A stretch of 64,000 bases of DNA from Cyanobacteria bacterium P01_D01_bin.156 (GTDB lineage: Bacteria > Cyanobacteriota > Cyanobacteriia > Phormidesmidales > Phormidesmidaceae). Position 1 is the stretch's first letter, and every line of letters starts with the position of its first letter. The position numbers and the translations under genes were made by a program. The notes below the pieces were generated by a model that saw only the letters and a program-made list of their open reading frames with translations, searched no databases and was not told the DNA's origin. The stretch is from contig JBCCQQ010000025.1 in NCBI GenBank assembly GCA_039024555.1, forward strand, positions 1 through 64,000. Reading direction: 5' to 3'. This document shows, piece by piece, positions 19,680-30,688 of the stretch.

Positions 19680-19871
19680 TGAGTGTTCACTCACCAAACA
19701 ATGCGAAATGTTGCAATCTGGCAACTTTCGTATCTTACCCCTACAAACCGCTAAGCATATTTACTAATCTTATAAACGAGTCTCTATTTACTTATTTGCA
19801 GCAGGATATCCGTTTGGTTTGTTCTGCGTGCCTTCACAGTAGAGCCTCTTTATAACTTTTCATTCATCACT

Positions 19872-20954
19872 ATGACTTCTACTTTGCAATCCCGTGGCAA
19901 TGCAAGCCTGTGGGACCGCTATTGTGAGTGGGTGACTAGTACTGACAACCGCATTTATGTAGGTTGGTTCGGTACTCTGATGATCCCTACATTGGTGGCT
20001 GCCACTGCATGCTTTGTCATCGCATTTATCGCTGCTCCTCCTGTTGATATCGACGGTATCCGTGAGCCTGTTGCTGGTTCTCTACTACTTGGCAACAACA
20101 TTATCTCCGGTGCTGTAATTCCTTCCTCCAACGCTATCGGTTTGCACTTCTACCCCATCTGGGAAGCCGCTTCTCTAGATGAGTGGTTGTACAACGGTGG
20201 CCCTTACCAGTTGGTAATTTTCCACTTCCTTATTGGCTGCTTTGCCTATATGGGTCGTCAGTGGGAATTGAGTTACCGCTTGGGTATGCGTCCTTGGATC
20301 TGTGTTGCTTATTCTGCGCCTTTGGCCTCTGCAACTGCAGTATTCTTGATCTACCCCATCGGTCAGGGTTCTTTCTCTGATGGTATGCCTCTAGGTATCT
20401 CTGGTACCTTCAACTTCATGCTTGTATTCCAAGCTGAGCACAACATCCTAATGCACCCTTTCCACATGTTGGGAGTAGCTGGTGTATTCGGTGGTTCCTT
20501 GTTCTCCGCAATGCACGGTTCTCTCGTGACTTCCTCCTTGGTTCGTGAGACCACTGAGACTGAGTCCCAGAACTATGGTTACAAGTTTGGTCAGGAAGAA
20601 GAGACTTACAACATTGTTGCTGCACACGGCTACTTCGGTCGTTTGATCTTCCAGTACGCATCCTTTAACAACAGCCGTTCTTTGCACTTCTTCTTGGGTG
20701 CTTGGCCCGTTGTTTGTATTTGGTTTACTGCACTGGGCATCAGCACCATGGCTTTCAACCTGAACGGGTTCAACTTTAACCAGTCTATTTTGGACTCCCA
20801 GGGTCGTGTAGTAAGTACTTGGGCTGACGTGATTAACCGCGCCAACCTAGGTATGGAAGTCATGCACGAGCGTAATGCTCATAACTTCCCTCTCGACCTA
20901 GCTTCCGGTGCTGAAACTCCTGTTGCATTGACTGCTCCTGCAATCAATGGCTAA
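19872..20954 (+). CDS. psbA: Photosystem II D1 protein (standard form, Gln130 / D1:1-type)
   Basis: 360 aa; [52 protein letters not shown]. Confidence 0.99.
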   Translation: MTSTLQSRGNASLWDRYCEWVTSTDNRIYVGWFGTLMIPTLVAATACFVIAFIAAPPVDIDGIREPVAGSLLLGNNIISGAVIPSSNAIGLHFYPIWEAASLDEWLYNGGPYQLVIFHFLIGCFAYMGRQWELSYRLGMRPWICVAYSAPLASATAVFLIYPIGQGSFSDGMPLGISGTFNFMLVFQAEHNILMHPFHMLGVAGVFGGSLFSAMHGSLVTSSLVRETTETESQNYGYKFGQEEETYNIVAAHGYFGRLIFQYASFNNSRSLHFFLGAWPVVCIWFTALGISTMAFNLNGFNFNQSILDSQGRVVSTWADVINRANLGMEVMHERNAHNFPLDLASGAETPVALTAPAING

Positions 20955-20993
20955 GTGCTTCCGGTAACGGCTAAGTTGTAAAGGCTTAGTTTG

Positions 20994-21029
20994 AAAAAAG
21001 GGGCTCCTTGTTTTAGGGGTCCCTTTTTC
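20994..21029 (+). terminator. Intrinsic terminator after psbA
   Basis: AAAAAAGGGGCTCCT-TGTTTT-AGGGGTCCCTTTTT. Confidence 0.8.
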
Positions 21030-21153
21030 ATGTTTTGGGAGAGTTTTGCAGACGAGTCATAGGAAGCGACTATCTCCACATAGATTATTTCTGTGTAAAC
21101 ATTGGACTCACGCTAGCATTAGGTTTAGTCAGCTCTATTAAAGTAGACCGACA

Positions 21154-21798
21154 ATGGTTGTCACGATTAGCCCAGATCAAATAAAACTGCCGCCCGGTAG
21201 CGAAGTAACGTTACGCTATCAGACTTGGGCAGATTATGAAGCCATTTTGGCCAGTCGTCGTGATGATGCTGCTATCAAAGTCTGTTTTGATGCCTCTACC
21301 CAAGAAATTTCCATTATGGCTCCTATGGCAGGTCATGGTCGCCGAATTGATATCTTGGTTGATTTAGTAAAAGCCTTGCTGCGCCATCAGGGGAGAGACT
21401 GGGATAGTTCTCATCCGATGACTCTCAAGCGCTTAAATGCAGCGGGTGCAGAAACAGATGCCAGTTTTTATATCCAAAACTGGCGAGCATTGCTTGGGAA
21501 AGAGCAACTTGATTTAAGTAATGATCCTCCCCCCGATTTAGCTATCGAGGTTGATCTGACATCTGTGACGAGTTTGAGTGTATATCAAACTCTGGCCGTA
21601 CCCGAGCTATGGATTTATCGGCAAGGAGCGTTGAGGATCTATGCACTCACGTCAGCAGGATATCGTGATACGTCCGCTAGCCCAACATTCCCCAACATTG
21701 ACGTAAAAAACTTATTGCCTACCTATGTAGAACAAGCGTGGAGTGATGGGTCTAGTGTAGCCCTACGTGAATTTGAACGGTATCTAACTTCGCTTTAA
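21154..21798 (+). CDS. Uma2 family protein
   Basis: TWADYE, ISIMAP..GH, GAETDASFYIQN, DPPPDLAIEVD.TS, VPELWIY. Confidence 0.9.
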   Translation: MVVTISPDQIKLPPGSEVTLRYQTWADYEAILASRRDDAAIKVCFDASTQEISIMAPMAGHGRRIDILVDLVKALLRHQGRDWDSSHPMTLKRLNAAGAETDASFYIQNWRALLGKEQLDLSNDPPPDLAIEVDLTSVTSLSVYQTLAVPELWIYRQGALRIYALTSAGYRDTSASPTFPNIDVKNLLPTYVEQAWSDGSSVALREFERYLTSL

Positions 21799-21814
21799 AC
21801 GTTCAGACAGCAGA

Positions 21815-22666
21815 CTAATCTTCAATTCTCTCTAACTGCCAGAATTTTTCTGGGTCGGATTCACTACTCACACAAGAAACAGTCCAGTTTCGCCAGGTCC
21901 AATCATCGCCGCGCTTGGCTAGTTCAGCCGCTGACACTCCGGTGAGAACGACAAGTTCAGAGGTGGTGATCAAAAACCCTTGCTTGGCTAGCTCATCTGC
22001 GGTTTGTAGCAGATTGAGCATATTGCTAACACGGTTAATTCGGGTGTCGGACATGTCGCTGAGGGTTGTATCGATCTTAGGTAAAAGGATTTCTGTTTGT
22101 TGAGGAGATTCTTTTTTGACTTTTGCTGGTGCTGGTTTAGCTTTTTCAACTGTGGGCTTGCTAGCAGCACCGATGGATTGTTTTAGGCTAACGGTACGTT
22201 TGCGGGAAAAGGCTACGGCAATTTCATCGCAGCGTTCGTTACCTACATTGCCTGCATGACCTTTGACGTATTTCCAATCGATATCGACGCTTTGATCGGT
22301 TTTGAGACTTTGGGTGAGATCATCCAGCGTTAGCCAAAGATCTTTATTCAGAACTGCTTTTCCAGCTGATGTTTTCCAACCTTTGCGTTTCCATCCCCGC
22401 ATCCATTGGGTGATGCCCTGGATTAGATATTTGCTGTCGGTGTTGAGTTCGATATCAGCGTCGTAATCGTGCTGTTGGAGAAATTCTAGGGCTGCGATCG
22501 CAGCCTGCATTTCCATCCGATTATTCGTCGTCCCTGATTCATAGCCCCCCATCTCATGGACCGAACCATCCTGAAAATAAATTACCGTGCCCCAGCCCCC
22601 CGGACCTGGATTCCCAGAACACGCACCGTCTGTATATATCGCCTTAATCTCAGGCAAATCAGTCAT
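21815..22666 (-). CDS. rnhA: Ribonuclease HI with cyanobacterial C-terminal extension
   Basis: IYTDGACSGNPGPGGWG, TTNNRME, TDSKY, VKGHAG..GNERCD. Confidence 0.95.
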   Translation of the reverse strand: MTDLPEIKAIYTDGACSGNPGPGGWGTVIYFQDGSVHEMGGYESGTTNNRMEMQAAIAALEFLQQHDYDADIELNTDSKYLIQGITQWMRGWKRKGWKTSAGKAVLNKDLWLTLDDLTQSLKTDQSVDIDWKYVKGHAGNVGNERCDEIAVAFSRKRTVSLKQSIGAASKPTVEKAKPAPAKVKKESPQQTEILLPKIDTTLSDMSDTRINRVSNMLNLLQTADELAKQGFLITTSELVVLTGVSAAELAKRGDDWTWRNWTVSCVSSESDPEKFWQLERIED

Positions 22667-22985
22667 AGGAAAGTCACTTTAGAAACAAGAGCCACCATAC
22701 AAGCCCTATGCATCATAGCGACCGATTTTCAACATTGCCCATGGCTACACAAAAAATCCCCATTCCCCTTTTAATCACACCAATAAGCAAAACTTTTCAC
22801 GCAGTACTCTAAAGATATGGGATAAACAGAATAAAGCATTGCTGATCCTAACTGGGATCTGATCTGCAAATTTGCAAAATTGTGGTTAACCACTAAAGAT
22901 CCAGATCGCCTGAAGCTCTGAATCAGCAATTGCATTTTCTAGGGCATAGCTTGCCCAGCCCACAGAAACTAAGGACGGAACGGCG

Positions 22986-23711
22986 ATGAAAAAATTAATG
23001 CGGGGTCTGCGTCAGTTTCAGGACAACTATGTCCCCACCCATAAAACCCTGATGGCCAGCTTGGCCAAAGGTCAGAGTCCCAACGTTTTGTTCATCACCT
23101 GTTCTGATTCCCGCGTACAGCCAGAACTCATCACCCAAGCTGAGCTGGGGGAGCTTTTTGTTATCCGCAATGCAGGCAATATTATTCCTCCCTTTGGCGC
23201 CACCAACGGGGGTGAAGGGGCTACGATTGAGTACGCCGTTAAATCATTGAATGTTAACCACATTATTATTTGTGGCCACTCTAGCTGCGGCGCCATGAAG
23301 GGACTGCTGCAAATTGGCAAGTTAGAAGAGAAAATGCCGCTAGTCTATAACTGGCTGATTCATACAGAAGCCACCCGCCAGCTCGTCGAAGATCACTACA
23401 GCGAGCTTGATAAATCTGACAAGCTAGACATACTGGTTGCCGAAAATATTCTCACCCAAATTGAGAATTTACGAACCTACCCAGCAGTGCGGTCCATGCT
23501 TCACAATGGTAACTTGTCACTCCACGGCTGGATTTACAACATCAACGACGGCAGCATTCTGGCCTACGATTCAGAACGTCATGCCTTTGTTCCTCCGTTT
23601 GAGGACCCCATCAAAACACGAAGTGATGACAACGGTGCGTCGTCTCACATGCCAGGTCAGAATCGATTAGCGCACCAACAGTCTTCACGTATTTTCAAAG
23701 GTTCCTACTAA
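22986..23711 (+). CDS. ccaA: Beta-class carbonic anhydrase (CcaA/IcfA-like)
   Basis: CSDSR, RNAGN, CGHSSCGAM Zn ligands; C-terminal tail RLAHQQSSRIFKGS resembles the CcaA carboxysome-targeting tail. Confidence 0.85.
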   Translation: MKKLMRGLRQFQDNYVPTHKTLMASLAKGQSPNVLFITCSDSRVQPELITQAELGELFVIRNAGNIIPPFGATNGGEGATIEYAVKSLNVNHIIICGHSSCGAMKGLLQIGKLEEKMPLVYNWLIHTEATRQLVEDHYSELDKSDKLDILVAENILTQIENLRTYPAVRSMLHNGNLSLHGWIYNINDGSILAYDSERHAFVPPFEDPIKTRSDDNGASSHMPGQNRLAHQQSSRIFKGSY

Positions 23712-24178
23712 TCTCCCCAAGCTTTAAACGGATTTTTAACCAGGTTGGAATTGTAATAGCGTGAATCTCCTGTGACTTCTGAACCGATCCAGACGGGCAG
23801 ATCCACAGTTTGGGTTTCCTCGGTCAGTTCCACTTCTGCTAGAATCAGTCCCTGATTTTCATCCAAAAATTCATCGACTTCCCAAATAACATCACCCATG
23901 GGAATACGGTAGCGATGTTTTGCAATAATTGGGCGATCGCACAGCTCTGACAAAATAGCTTGCGCATCTTTCAACGGAATCGGGTACTCAAACTCAGAAC
24001 GACTTATCCCCACTGTGGGTCCTTTCAGTGTGAGGTAACCTTGCTCACCAATAATGCGTACGCGAACAGTTTGTTTTCCTTGCGTTGGAATATAGCCCTG
24101 ACAGTAGTAGCGCCCCTCGGCTAAGGTACGCCAATCATCTCCCTGAACTAAAAATTTGCGTTCGATTTCCTTAGCCAT
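23708..24178 (-). CDS. CYTH-domain protein
   Basis: Starts MAKEIERKFLV (ExExK); RSEFEYPIP, WEVDEF, AEVEL. Confidence 0.92.
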   Translation of the reverse strand: MAKEIERKFLVQGDDWRTLAEGRYYCQGYIPTQGKQTVRVRIIGEQGYLTLKGPTVGISRSEFEYPIPLKDAQAILSELCDRPIIAKHRYRIPMGDVIWEVDEFLDENQGLILAEVELTEETQTVDLPVWIGSEVTGDSRYYNSNLVKNPFKAWGD

Positions 24179-24182
24179 AACG

Positions 24183-25145
24183 CTAATTTTGCAAAAACAA
24201 AAATGCATCCACTTCACGTGGTGTGGGCTGGCTTGCGATCGCACCGGATCGAGTTGTGGTCAAGGCTCCCACAGCACTGGCATAACGCACCACCGCATGG
24301 GCACAGTCTTCATCTAATAGATAGTGGCGGCCATGGGTACAAACTTGGTGCAAGAAACCTGCTACAAAGGCGTCCCCTGCACCGGTTGTATCTTCCACAT
24401 CAACATCAAACCCTGGAACCTCACCCACGTGACCGCCCAACCAATAACGACACCCCTCCGCTCCAGCAGTAACCAACACTCCCTCTAAGTGTGGCTGCTG
24501 AGCAGCGATAGCGGCTGGATCGGTCGTATCCAATAACCATTGAGCTTCCGTATCGGACAATTTCAAAAACGAGGCCTGTTTCACCAAATCATTGACTAAA
24601 CCGATGGCCTGGGCTGGGTTATCCCAAAACATCGGTCGCCAGTTGATGTCCAGAACCACATGGCCATTCTGTTCTTTGATCCACTCTACAGCTTGCAAGA
24701 TGGAAGCACGGGTGTCTGGATAAGCGAGTCCCAACGTGCCAAGCACAAGGTACCTAGACCCCTTAAAGAGACTTGGATCGATGCGATCGCAAATTAAATG
24801 CGCATCGGCAAAAGCTGACGGATCTGATAATGAAAAGCCAGCAAATGAGCGCTCTCCCTGCTGATCTGTCAGAACATACACTTCACGGGTGGGAGCCGTT
24901 GGATGCCGCTGTATACCACGCACACCCACTTGCAAATCCTGTAGCAGCTGCCTGAGCGCCTGGCCCCAAGCATCCACCCCTACAGCACCAACAAATTCTA
25001 CAGGTGTCCCCAACTTCACTAAACAACAGGCAACATTCGCAGGAGCACCCCCAGGCAATGAGAGTTTTTGCTCCCGTCCGCCCGGCCAGAAGCTATCCAC
25101 TAGGATCTCACCCAGACATATCACTGGACTCACCGGAACACCCAT
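24183..25145 (-). CDS. PfkB-family carbohydrate kinase (fructokinase-like)
   Basis: PGGAPANVA, DINWRP, DTTGAGDAFVAG. Confidence 0.92.
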   Translation of the reverse strand: MGVPVSPVICLGEILVDSFWPGGREQKLSLPGGAPANVACCLVKLGTPVEFVGAVGVDAWGQALRQLLQDLQVGVRGIQRHPTAPTREVYVLTDQQGERSFAGFSLSDPSAFADAHLICDRIDPSLFKGSRYLVLGTLGLAYPDTRASILQAVEWIKEQNGHVVLDINWRPMFWDNPAQAIGLVNDLVKQASFLKLSDTEAQWLLDTTDPAAIAAQQPHLEGVLVTAGAEGCRYWLGGHVGEVPGFDVDVEDTTGAGDAFVAGFLHQVCTHGRHYLLDEDCAHAVVRYASAVGALTTTRSGAIASQPTPREVDAFLFLQN

Positions 25146-25342
25146 ACCTTCCTCCGGACTTTTACCCCAGCCAACAAAAAACGCCTCGTACCCTCAGCGG
25201 CAAGTATAAGGCGTTTTTTGAAAAAGCACATAGGACCGATACATCAATCCCATCGCCGGTGGCAATTTAGGAAATGGACTGAATTGTCATATTTAAATGA
25301 TTCAAAACAAATCACTTCCTGTAACAGCTGTGCTAGACCAGC

Positions 25343-26314
25343 CTAGTACAATCGGCTCAGCACATAACCTGATAACGCTTCCAATGCCCGCTTAGGCTCA
25401 GACTGGGGTAGTTCCGTCAGATTTTCAATCGCTCGGTCCACATGTTGAGATGCTAGCTCACGGGAGCGCTCAACCCCTCGACTCGCTTTCACTAAAGCCA
25501 TCGCTTCATCAAAATCGCCCGACTGAGCAAATTCGCGCTCAATCAGCGTTGTAATGTATGGAGTCTCCTCCATAGCATAGAGGACAGGGGCTGTAAGATT
25601 GCCACTTAGTAAATCAGAGCCAGCAGGCTTACCCAAGACCTCTTCAGAACCTGTGAAATCCAAAATATCATCTACGATTTGGAATGCTAGTCCTAAATTA
25701 CGTCCATATTGATAGAACGCTTCAGCCAACGCATCTGATGTTCCACTCAGCACACCTACAGACTTACTGCTGTTAGCGATCAGCGAAGCCGTCTTGTAAT
25801 AGCTCTTCATCAAATATGCATCGATGGATAAGGTCGTATCAAAGCGATTTAGACCTTGCTGGATCTCACCTTCCGCCAGGTCCATTATCACCCGCGATAA
25901 AAGTTTAACGACCGTTAGATCGTCTAAGTTAGCTAGATGCCAAGAAGACTGAGCAAACAAGAAGTCGCCAGCCAGAACGGCTACGCGATTGGTAAAGCTA
26001 CTGTGGACCGTCGGCACTCCACGCCTTAACGAGGATTCATCCACCACATCATCATGGACCAGACTGGCAGTATGAATCATCTCGGTAATTTCAGCCAATC
26101 GCAAATGCCGCGATGGAATGTCGTGCTCCATAACCGTCGCGCGCGATAGCAATAGAACAATAGCAGGCCGAATCCGCTTTCCTCCTGCCCCAAACAGATG
26201 CTCCGCAGCGGCGTAGAGAATAGGATGCCGAGCACCGACCAGCTGCTTCAGATTATCCGTCAACAGACTGAGATCTGCTTCGACGGGGGCAAACAGCGAT
26301 GTTGTTGAAGTCAT
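25343..26314 (-). CDS. sds: Solanesyl diphosphate synthase
   Basis: GGKRIRP, HTASLVHDDVVD..RRG, KTASLI, AFQIVDDILD. Confidence 0.92.
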   Translation of the reverse strand: MTSTTSLFAPVEADLSLLTDNLKQLVGARHPILYAAAEHLFGAGGKRIRPAIVLLLSRATVMEHDIPSRHLRLAEITEMIHTASLVHDDVVDESSLRRGVPTVHSSFTNRVAVLAGDFLFAQSSWHLANLDDLTVVKLLSRVIMDLAEGEIQQGLNRFDTTLSIDAYLMKSYYKTASLIANSSKSVGVLSGTSDALAEAFYQYGRNLGLAFQIVDDILDFTGSEEVLGKPAGSDLLSGNLTAPVLYAMEETPYITTLIEREFAQSGDFDEAMALVKASRGVERSRELASQHVDRAIENLTELPQSEPKRALEALSGYVLSRLY

Positions 26315-26994
26315 GGGAGGAAATGCTCAGACAGCTAGATTACGAAACTTTAAGTAATCCATATTCATTCTAAGCTAACGGCTCAATTGGTGTCGCTATT
26401 CCATCTAGAATCTCTGTCAATTTGCCTGCACAAAGCTATTTACAGCCATGAGTTCCTGGTTACTCACAAAGGTTCACATCTGGCTAGCATTGATTAGAAA
26501 TTTCTATTTCTTTTTTTAAATTAACTCTAGGTAAATAACAAATCCTTATGTTAGACTAATTACAGGAATTGAAAAAATTCATAGCAAGCTGGATAGTTCG
26601 TATTTAGTAGCTTTGTTCTAAAAGCTCTTCGCGATTCTTCTCGGAACTGCTGGAATTATCTGTAAATGTGTTGCAGTTACCCAAGGCATTTGTTGCCGAC
26701 TGTGATCAGAACGTAGGGGATCGACAGAGGTTTAGCTTAGCCAGCGCTAGGCTGTATAGCTATCACTCCTATTAGAGCCTGATCGAAGCCTTGCTCAATA
26801 GTTATGTGTTTTTAGCATACATAGAGTGATGAGTAATACTGAAACACGTATGGCACTAGGTGATTCTAGTACTAGAGCTTTTTAGATAACTGAGAACCTT
26901 AGTTGAATTGAACCAGCTGCCGGGCTGTCAGTTTATGCTGCTTGTTTTTTACAAGTTTCTCTCTGTTGTTCCTTCCCACACCTCTGCCATATCG

Positions 26995-27111
26995 ATGACC
27001 CACCCCTTTACCCCACTGTTGATGCTGGTATTGGCCATTAGCTATTTGCTGATGGTCTATATTGCTTTCACTGCAATCCAGCGGTTTCTAAGACGTCGCG
27101 AGCAAATGTGA
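26995..27111 (+). CDS. Putative 38-aa single-pass membrane microprotein
   Basis: MTHPFTPLLMLVLAISYLLMVYIAFTAIQRFLRRREQM: hydrophobic helix plus basic tail; followed by a strong hairpin. Confidence 0.45.
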   Translation: MTHPFTPLLMLVLAISYLLMVYIAFTAIQRFLRRREQM

Positions 27112-27209
27112 CGGTTCAAGGACAACGGTTGTTTTCAAGACCTTACTGGCTACAGCCAGTCCATGAATTAACTGCATCTGCTTAGAGTTTGATTTATGTG
27201 TTTATTTTC

Positions 27210-27252
27210 AAAACAATGGCTCAGCTAGTCATACTAGCTGAGCCATTGTTTT
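27210..27252. terminator. 20-bp perfect hairpin (bidirectional terminator-like)
   Basis: AAAACAATGGCTCAGCTAGT-CAT-ACTAGCTGAGCCATTGTTTT. Confidence 0.75.
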
Positions 27253-27393
27253 ATCTAAAGGACAGTCCAATATTTATAGCAAGACGTCCATGGCTTTTCG
27301 GCGACAAATCATGACAAACATCGCCAATGTATTTCCGAAAACAATCTAGGGAGTTAGCATGTACAAACGTTTTTCAGAATACAAAATAGCAAT

Positions 27394-28689
27394 TTGAGTT
27401 CAGCTCCCAATGTTTCTGTGTCCATGGCTACCGGGGTAAACATTCCCTTTCCTGCAAATGTAATCCCACTTGAGAATGGACTAACCGTCGTTCACCAGGA
27501 GATTGCGACGACACCAGTAGTGGTGGTAGATGTCTGGATTAAGGCAGGTGCACGCTACGAACCGTCTGCCTGGGCAGGCATGGCCCATTTTTTGGAACAC
27601 ATGGTGTTCAAGGGCACGGAACAAATTTTGCCAGGGATGTTCGACGCGACTATTGAAAGTCGTGGCGGCCTAGCAAATGCAGCTACCAGCCATGACTATG
27701 CTCATTTTTATATGACGTTGGCGGCGGATGATCTAGCCCATGTCTTACCTTATTTAGCGGAGCTATTGCTGCATGCGGCTATCCCAGGAGATGAGTTTGG
27801 ACGAGAACGCCAGGTAGTCATTGAAGAGATTCACCAAGCCTGGGATGACCCGGACTGGATTGGGTTTCAAACCATATCAGAAATGCTCTACGGAGAGCAC
27901 CCCTATGGTCGGTCAGTGCTGGGAACCCCTACCATTTTGCATGAGCGCTCACCCGAGGAAATGCGGCAATTCCATCAAACGTATTATCAACCCGAAAACA
28001 TGAAGGTGGTCATTACCGGTGGTATTGGCTTAGAGCGGGTGTTAGAACTCGTCCAAGAAACATTTCACTCATTTCCCCATGTATATGAAGCCTGCCCACC
28101 AGCAGCAGTGGCATCCTCCCCGCAGCTACTGACCAGCTCTCAACGGACACTTGCCTTGCCTCGTTTGGAACATGGCCGATTAATGATGGCTTGGCTGGGC
28201 CCTGGAATCCACGATCTCAAGGTAGCTTGCGGCTTGGATATTTTAGCGACGGTTTTAGCGGAGGGCCGGATGTCTCGTTTGGTGCGGGAGCTACTGGAGG
28301 ATCGTCAGTGGGTTGATGATATTGCAAGCAGTTTTTCAGTGCAGAAAGATTGTAGTGTTTTGATGTTGTCGGCTTGGTTAGCACCGCAGCATATTAAAGA
28401 AGTAACGCAGGTTATTTGCGATCGCATCGCTTCCCTAGCTACCATACCGATCACAGACCTAGAGTTAGAACGTGCTCAGCGTGTCCTGTGCAACGATTAT
28501 GCTTTTGCTATGGAAACCCCTGGTCAGCTGGCTGGGCTATATGGGTACTATGGCACCTTAGCAACACCTGAATTATCCCTCGCCTATCCTCACTATGTTC
28601 GAGACTATTCCGCCGAACAATTACGTCCTCTAGCTCAGCAGTACCTTTCCCCTGAACATTGCGCTACCCTGAGCTTAATTCCAGAGTAA
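27394..28689 (+). CDS. M16 (pitrilysin-like) zinc metallopeptidase, catalytic subunit
   Basis: GMAHFLEHMVFKGT (HxxEH), NAATS, ERQVVIEEI, SRLVREL. Confidence 0.92.
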   Translation: MSSAPNVSVSMATGVNIPFPANVIPLENGLTVVHQEIATTPVVVVDVWIKAGARYEPSAWAGMAHFLEHMVFKGTEQILPGMFDATIESRGGLANAATSHDYAHFYMTLAADDLAHVLPYLAELLLHAAIPGDEFGRERQVVIEEIHQAWDDPDWIGFQTISEMLYGEHPYGRSVLGTPTILHERSPEEMRQFHQTYYQPENMKVVITGGIGLERVLELVQETFHSFPHVYEACPPAAVASSPQLLTSSQRTLALPRLEHGRLMMAWLGPGIHDLKVACGLDILATVLAEGRMSRLVRELLEDRQWVDDIASSFSVQKDCSVLMLSAWLAPQHIKEVTQVICDRIASLATIPITDLELERAQRVLCNDYAFAMETPGQLAGLYGYYGTLATPELSLAYPHYVRDYSAEQLRPLAQQYLSPEHCATLSLIPE

Positions 28690-30039
28690 TTGCATCCTTC
28701 TTTTAGTTTTTTGCACGTTCCCTCACCGAACCTCATATTTGCTCCTGCTACTTTAACCACACCACCTGTGACTGTATCCACGGCCCCCAAGCAAAACTCC
28801 ATCACCACACATTTGGGCAACGGCCTAAAGGTTATCGCCATCGAAAATCCAGCCGCTGATATCGTCTCAGCTCGGATCTTTTTACCCGTTGGCCAGGGCA
28901 ATGAAACACCAGACAAAGCAGGGATATTTAGTCTGATGACAGCCTTGTTCACCCGAGGAACCGCTCATCGGAATTCGTTAGAAATTGCTGAAGCAGTTGA
29001 GTATGTAGGTGCTAGCCTCGGTGCAGACAGTGCGTCCGACTATAGCCTTATCAGTGTGAAAACCGTTTCTGCTGATTTTGAGAACATTTTTACCCTGGCC
29101 ACTGAAATTCTTCGAGAGCCTAGCTTTCCTAAACATGAAATTGAACTGGAACGTAAGTTGACCATTCAAGGACTGCGTTCCATGCAAGAGCAGCCTTTTA
29201 GCGTAGCTTATAAGGCTTTTCGAGAAGGCATGTACGGAGCCCATCCCTACGGTTTCTCCAGTATGGGCACCGAAGAAACGGTCATGTCGATTCAGCGAGA
29301 GGATCTGCTAGACGCTCACCATAAGCATTTTCGGCCTGACAATATGGTGGTCGTCATTGTCGGTCGGATTGATCCAGAGAAAGCCGTCGCTCTGGTGGAT
29401 AAACTGTTAGGAGATTGGACCGCGCCAGACTATCCTGCCCCAACGCCCTACCTGCCCAAGATTAACTCCCACGCCTATCGCATTGTTACCCCCCAGGAAA
29501 CAAACCAGGCGTTTGTCATTGTTGGTTATTTAGCTGCCTGTGTAAAACATCCAGACTTTGCAGCCCTCAAGCTCCTTAGCACTCATCTAGGCAATGGGTT
29601 ATCGAGCCGGTTATTTGTAGAGCTGCGAGAAAAGCAAGGATTAGCCTACGATGTGTCAGCGTTTTATCCCACTAGGCTAGGCCCCTCCCAATTTGTCACC
29701 TACATTGGCACTGCACCGGAAAATGTCTCTGTGGCTCTAGATGGATTACAAAGTGAACTGCGACGTCTGTGTGAGATTCCCCTCACCGACCATGAACTGC
29801 AAGTGGCAAAAAACAAAATGCTGGGCCAATACGCTCTGGGTAAGCAAACCAATGGGCAAATTGCCCAGCTGTTAGGCTGGTACGAGATTTTAGGGCTGGG
29901 CACCGAATTTGACCAGAAGTTCCAGGCAGATGTAGAAGCCGTCACCATTGAGCAAGCCCAAGCAGCCGCAAAGAGATGCTTTATTGATTCCTACATTTCG
30001 ATTTTGGGTCCAGCTACTGCGGTGGAAGCCCTGCATTAG
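28690..30039 (+). CDS. M16 peptidase family, non-catalytic partner subunit
   Basis: M16 fold without HxxEH; LGNGLSSRLFVELREKQGLAYDV; the true start is probably a little downstream. Confidence 0.88.
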   Translation: MHPSFSFLHVPSPNLIFAPATLTTPPVTVSTAPKQNSITTHLGNGLKVIAIENPAADIVSARIFLPVGQGNETPDKAGIFSLMTALFTRGTAHRNSLEIAEAVEYVGASLGADSASDYSLISVKTVSADFENIFTLATEILREPSFPKHEIELERKLTIQGLRSMQEQPFSVAYKAFREGMYGAHPYGFSSMGTEETVMSIQREDLLDAHHKHFRPDNMVVVIVGRIDPEKAVALVDKLLGDWTAPDYPAPTPYLPKINSHAYRIVTPQETNQAFVIVGYLAACVKHPDFAALKLLSTHLGNGLSSRLFVELREKQGLAYDVSAFYPTRLGPSQFVTYIGTAPENVSVALDGLQSELRRLCEIPLTDHELQVAKNKMLGQYALGKQTNGQIAQLLGWYEILGLGTEFDQKFQADVEAVTIEQAQAAAKRCFIDSYISILGPATAVEALH

Positions 30040-30571
30040 TAAGCACCTCGACGCACTGTTGCCGTTGCTTTAGATATGTTTGGTAGCCTGCTTGATCTTC
30101 AGGCGTGGTGAATTCATCAGTTTGCGATTGAAGCTTTGCATAAGCCTGACGAGCCCTATCCATGGCCGTTTGTCCGCAATGATCTTTTCTTTGAGGATTT
30201 ACACCAGCCGCAATTAAAATTTGGAGTGCATCTACCGAACCGGAGTCAGCTGCCAACATCAGGGGAGTGCGCCCACCTTTCCCCACTGGATCGGGAAACG
30301 CTCCATGGTGCAGTAGGCGTTGTACCGCTGTATAGTTGCAACCATCACTCGAACCAAAATAGTTCTCTTCAGTAGATTGGTGTGAATACTCCAAGGCAGC
30401 ATTATGCAAGAGGGTATCGCCAGCACCATCTTGAGCATTCACATCGGCCCCTGCAGCTACAAGTAAGTCAATGGCCCGGGCCATTGCTTCATCAAACTCG
30501 TGGTTGTAATGCCAAGTGACCGCACTGAGTAGTGGTCGAGATGCTACGGGTATCGCTCCAAGCTTTAGCAA
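30014..30571 (-). CDS. Ankyrin-repeat protein, probably 5'-truncated
   Basis: GADVNAQDGAGDTLLHNAA and GRTPLMLAA..GSVDALQILIAAG; an ankyrin-like frame continues upstream to an in-frame TGA at ~30657. Confidence 0.7.
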   Translation of the reverse strand: MLKLGAIPVASRPLLSAVTWHYNHEFDEAMARAIDLLVAAGADVNAQDGAGDTLLHNAALEYSHQSTEENYFGSSDGCNYTAVQRLLHHGAFPDPVGKGGRTPLMLAADSGSVDALQILIAAGVNPQRKDHCGQTAMDRARQAYAKLQSQTDEFTTPEDQAGYQTYLKQRQQCVEVLTNAGLPPQ

Positions 30572-30688
30572 ACGGTCGATGGCCCAGGGGTTATGTGCAA
30601 AAGCCGCATAGTAAATACGGGGCTCGCCCCGTTGGGTGGCGTTGAGGGGAGCACGTCACCCGCCAGCGGATGATGTGCTCCCAATTCA

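Noticed and set aside
19872..20954. Possible atypical D1 (rogue, far-red or chlorophyll f synthase)
   Set aside because: Mn-cluster ligands and the C-terminal processing site look standard, and there is no FaRLiP cluster nearby.
26885..26930. CTGAGA...GAACC resembling a TPP riboswitch core
   Set aside because: The ACCTGA and TAAT..CAGCG elements and the P1-P3 architecture are missing, and the downstream gene is not thiamine-related.
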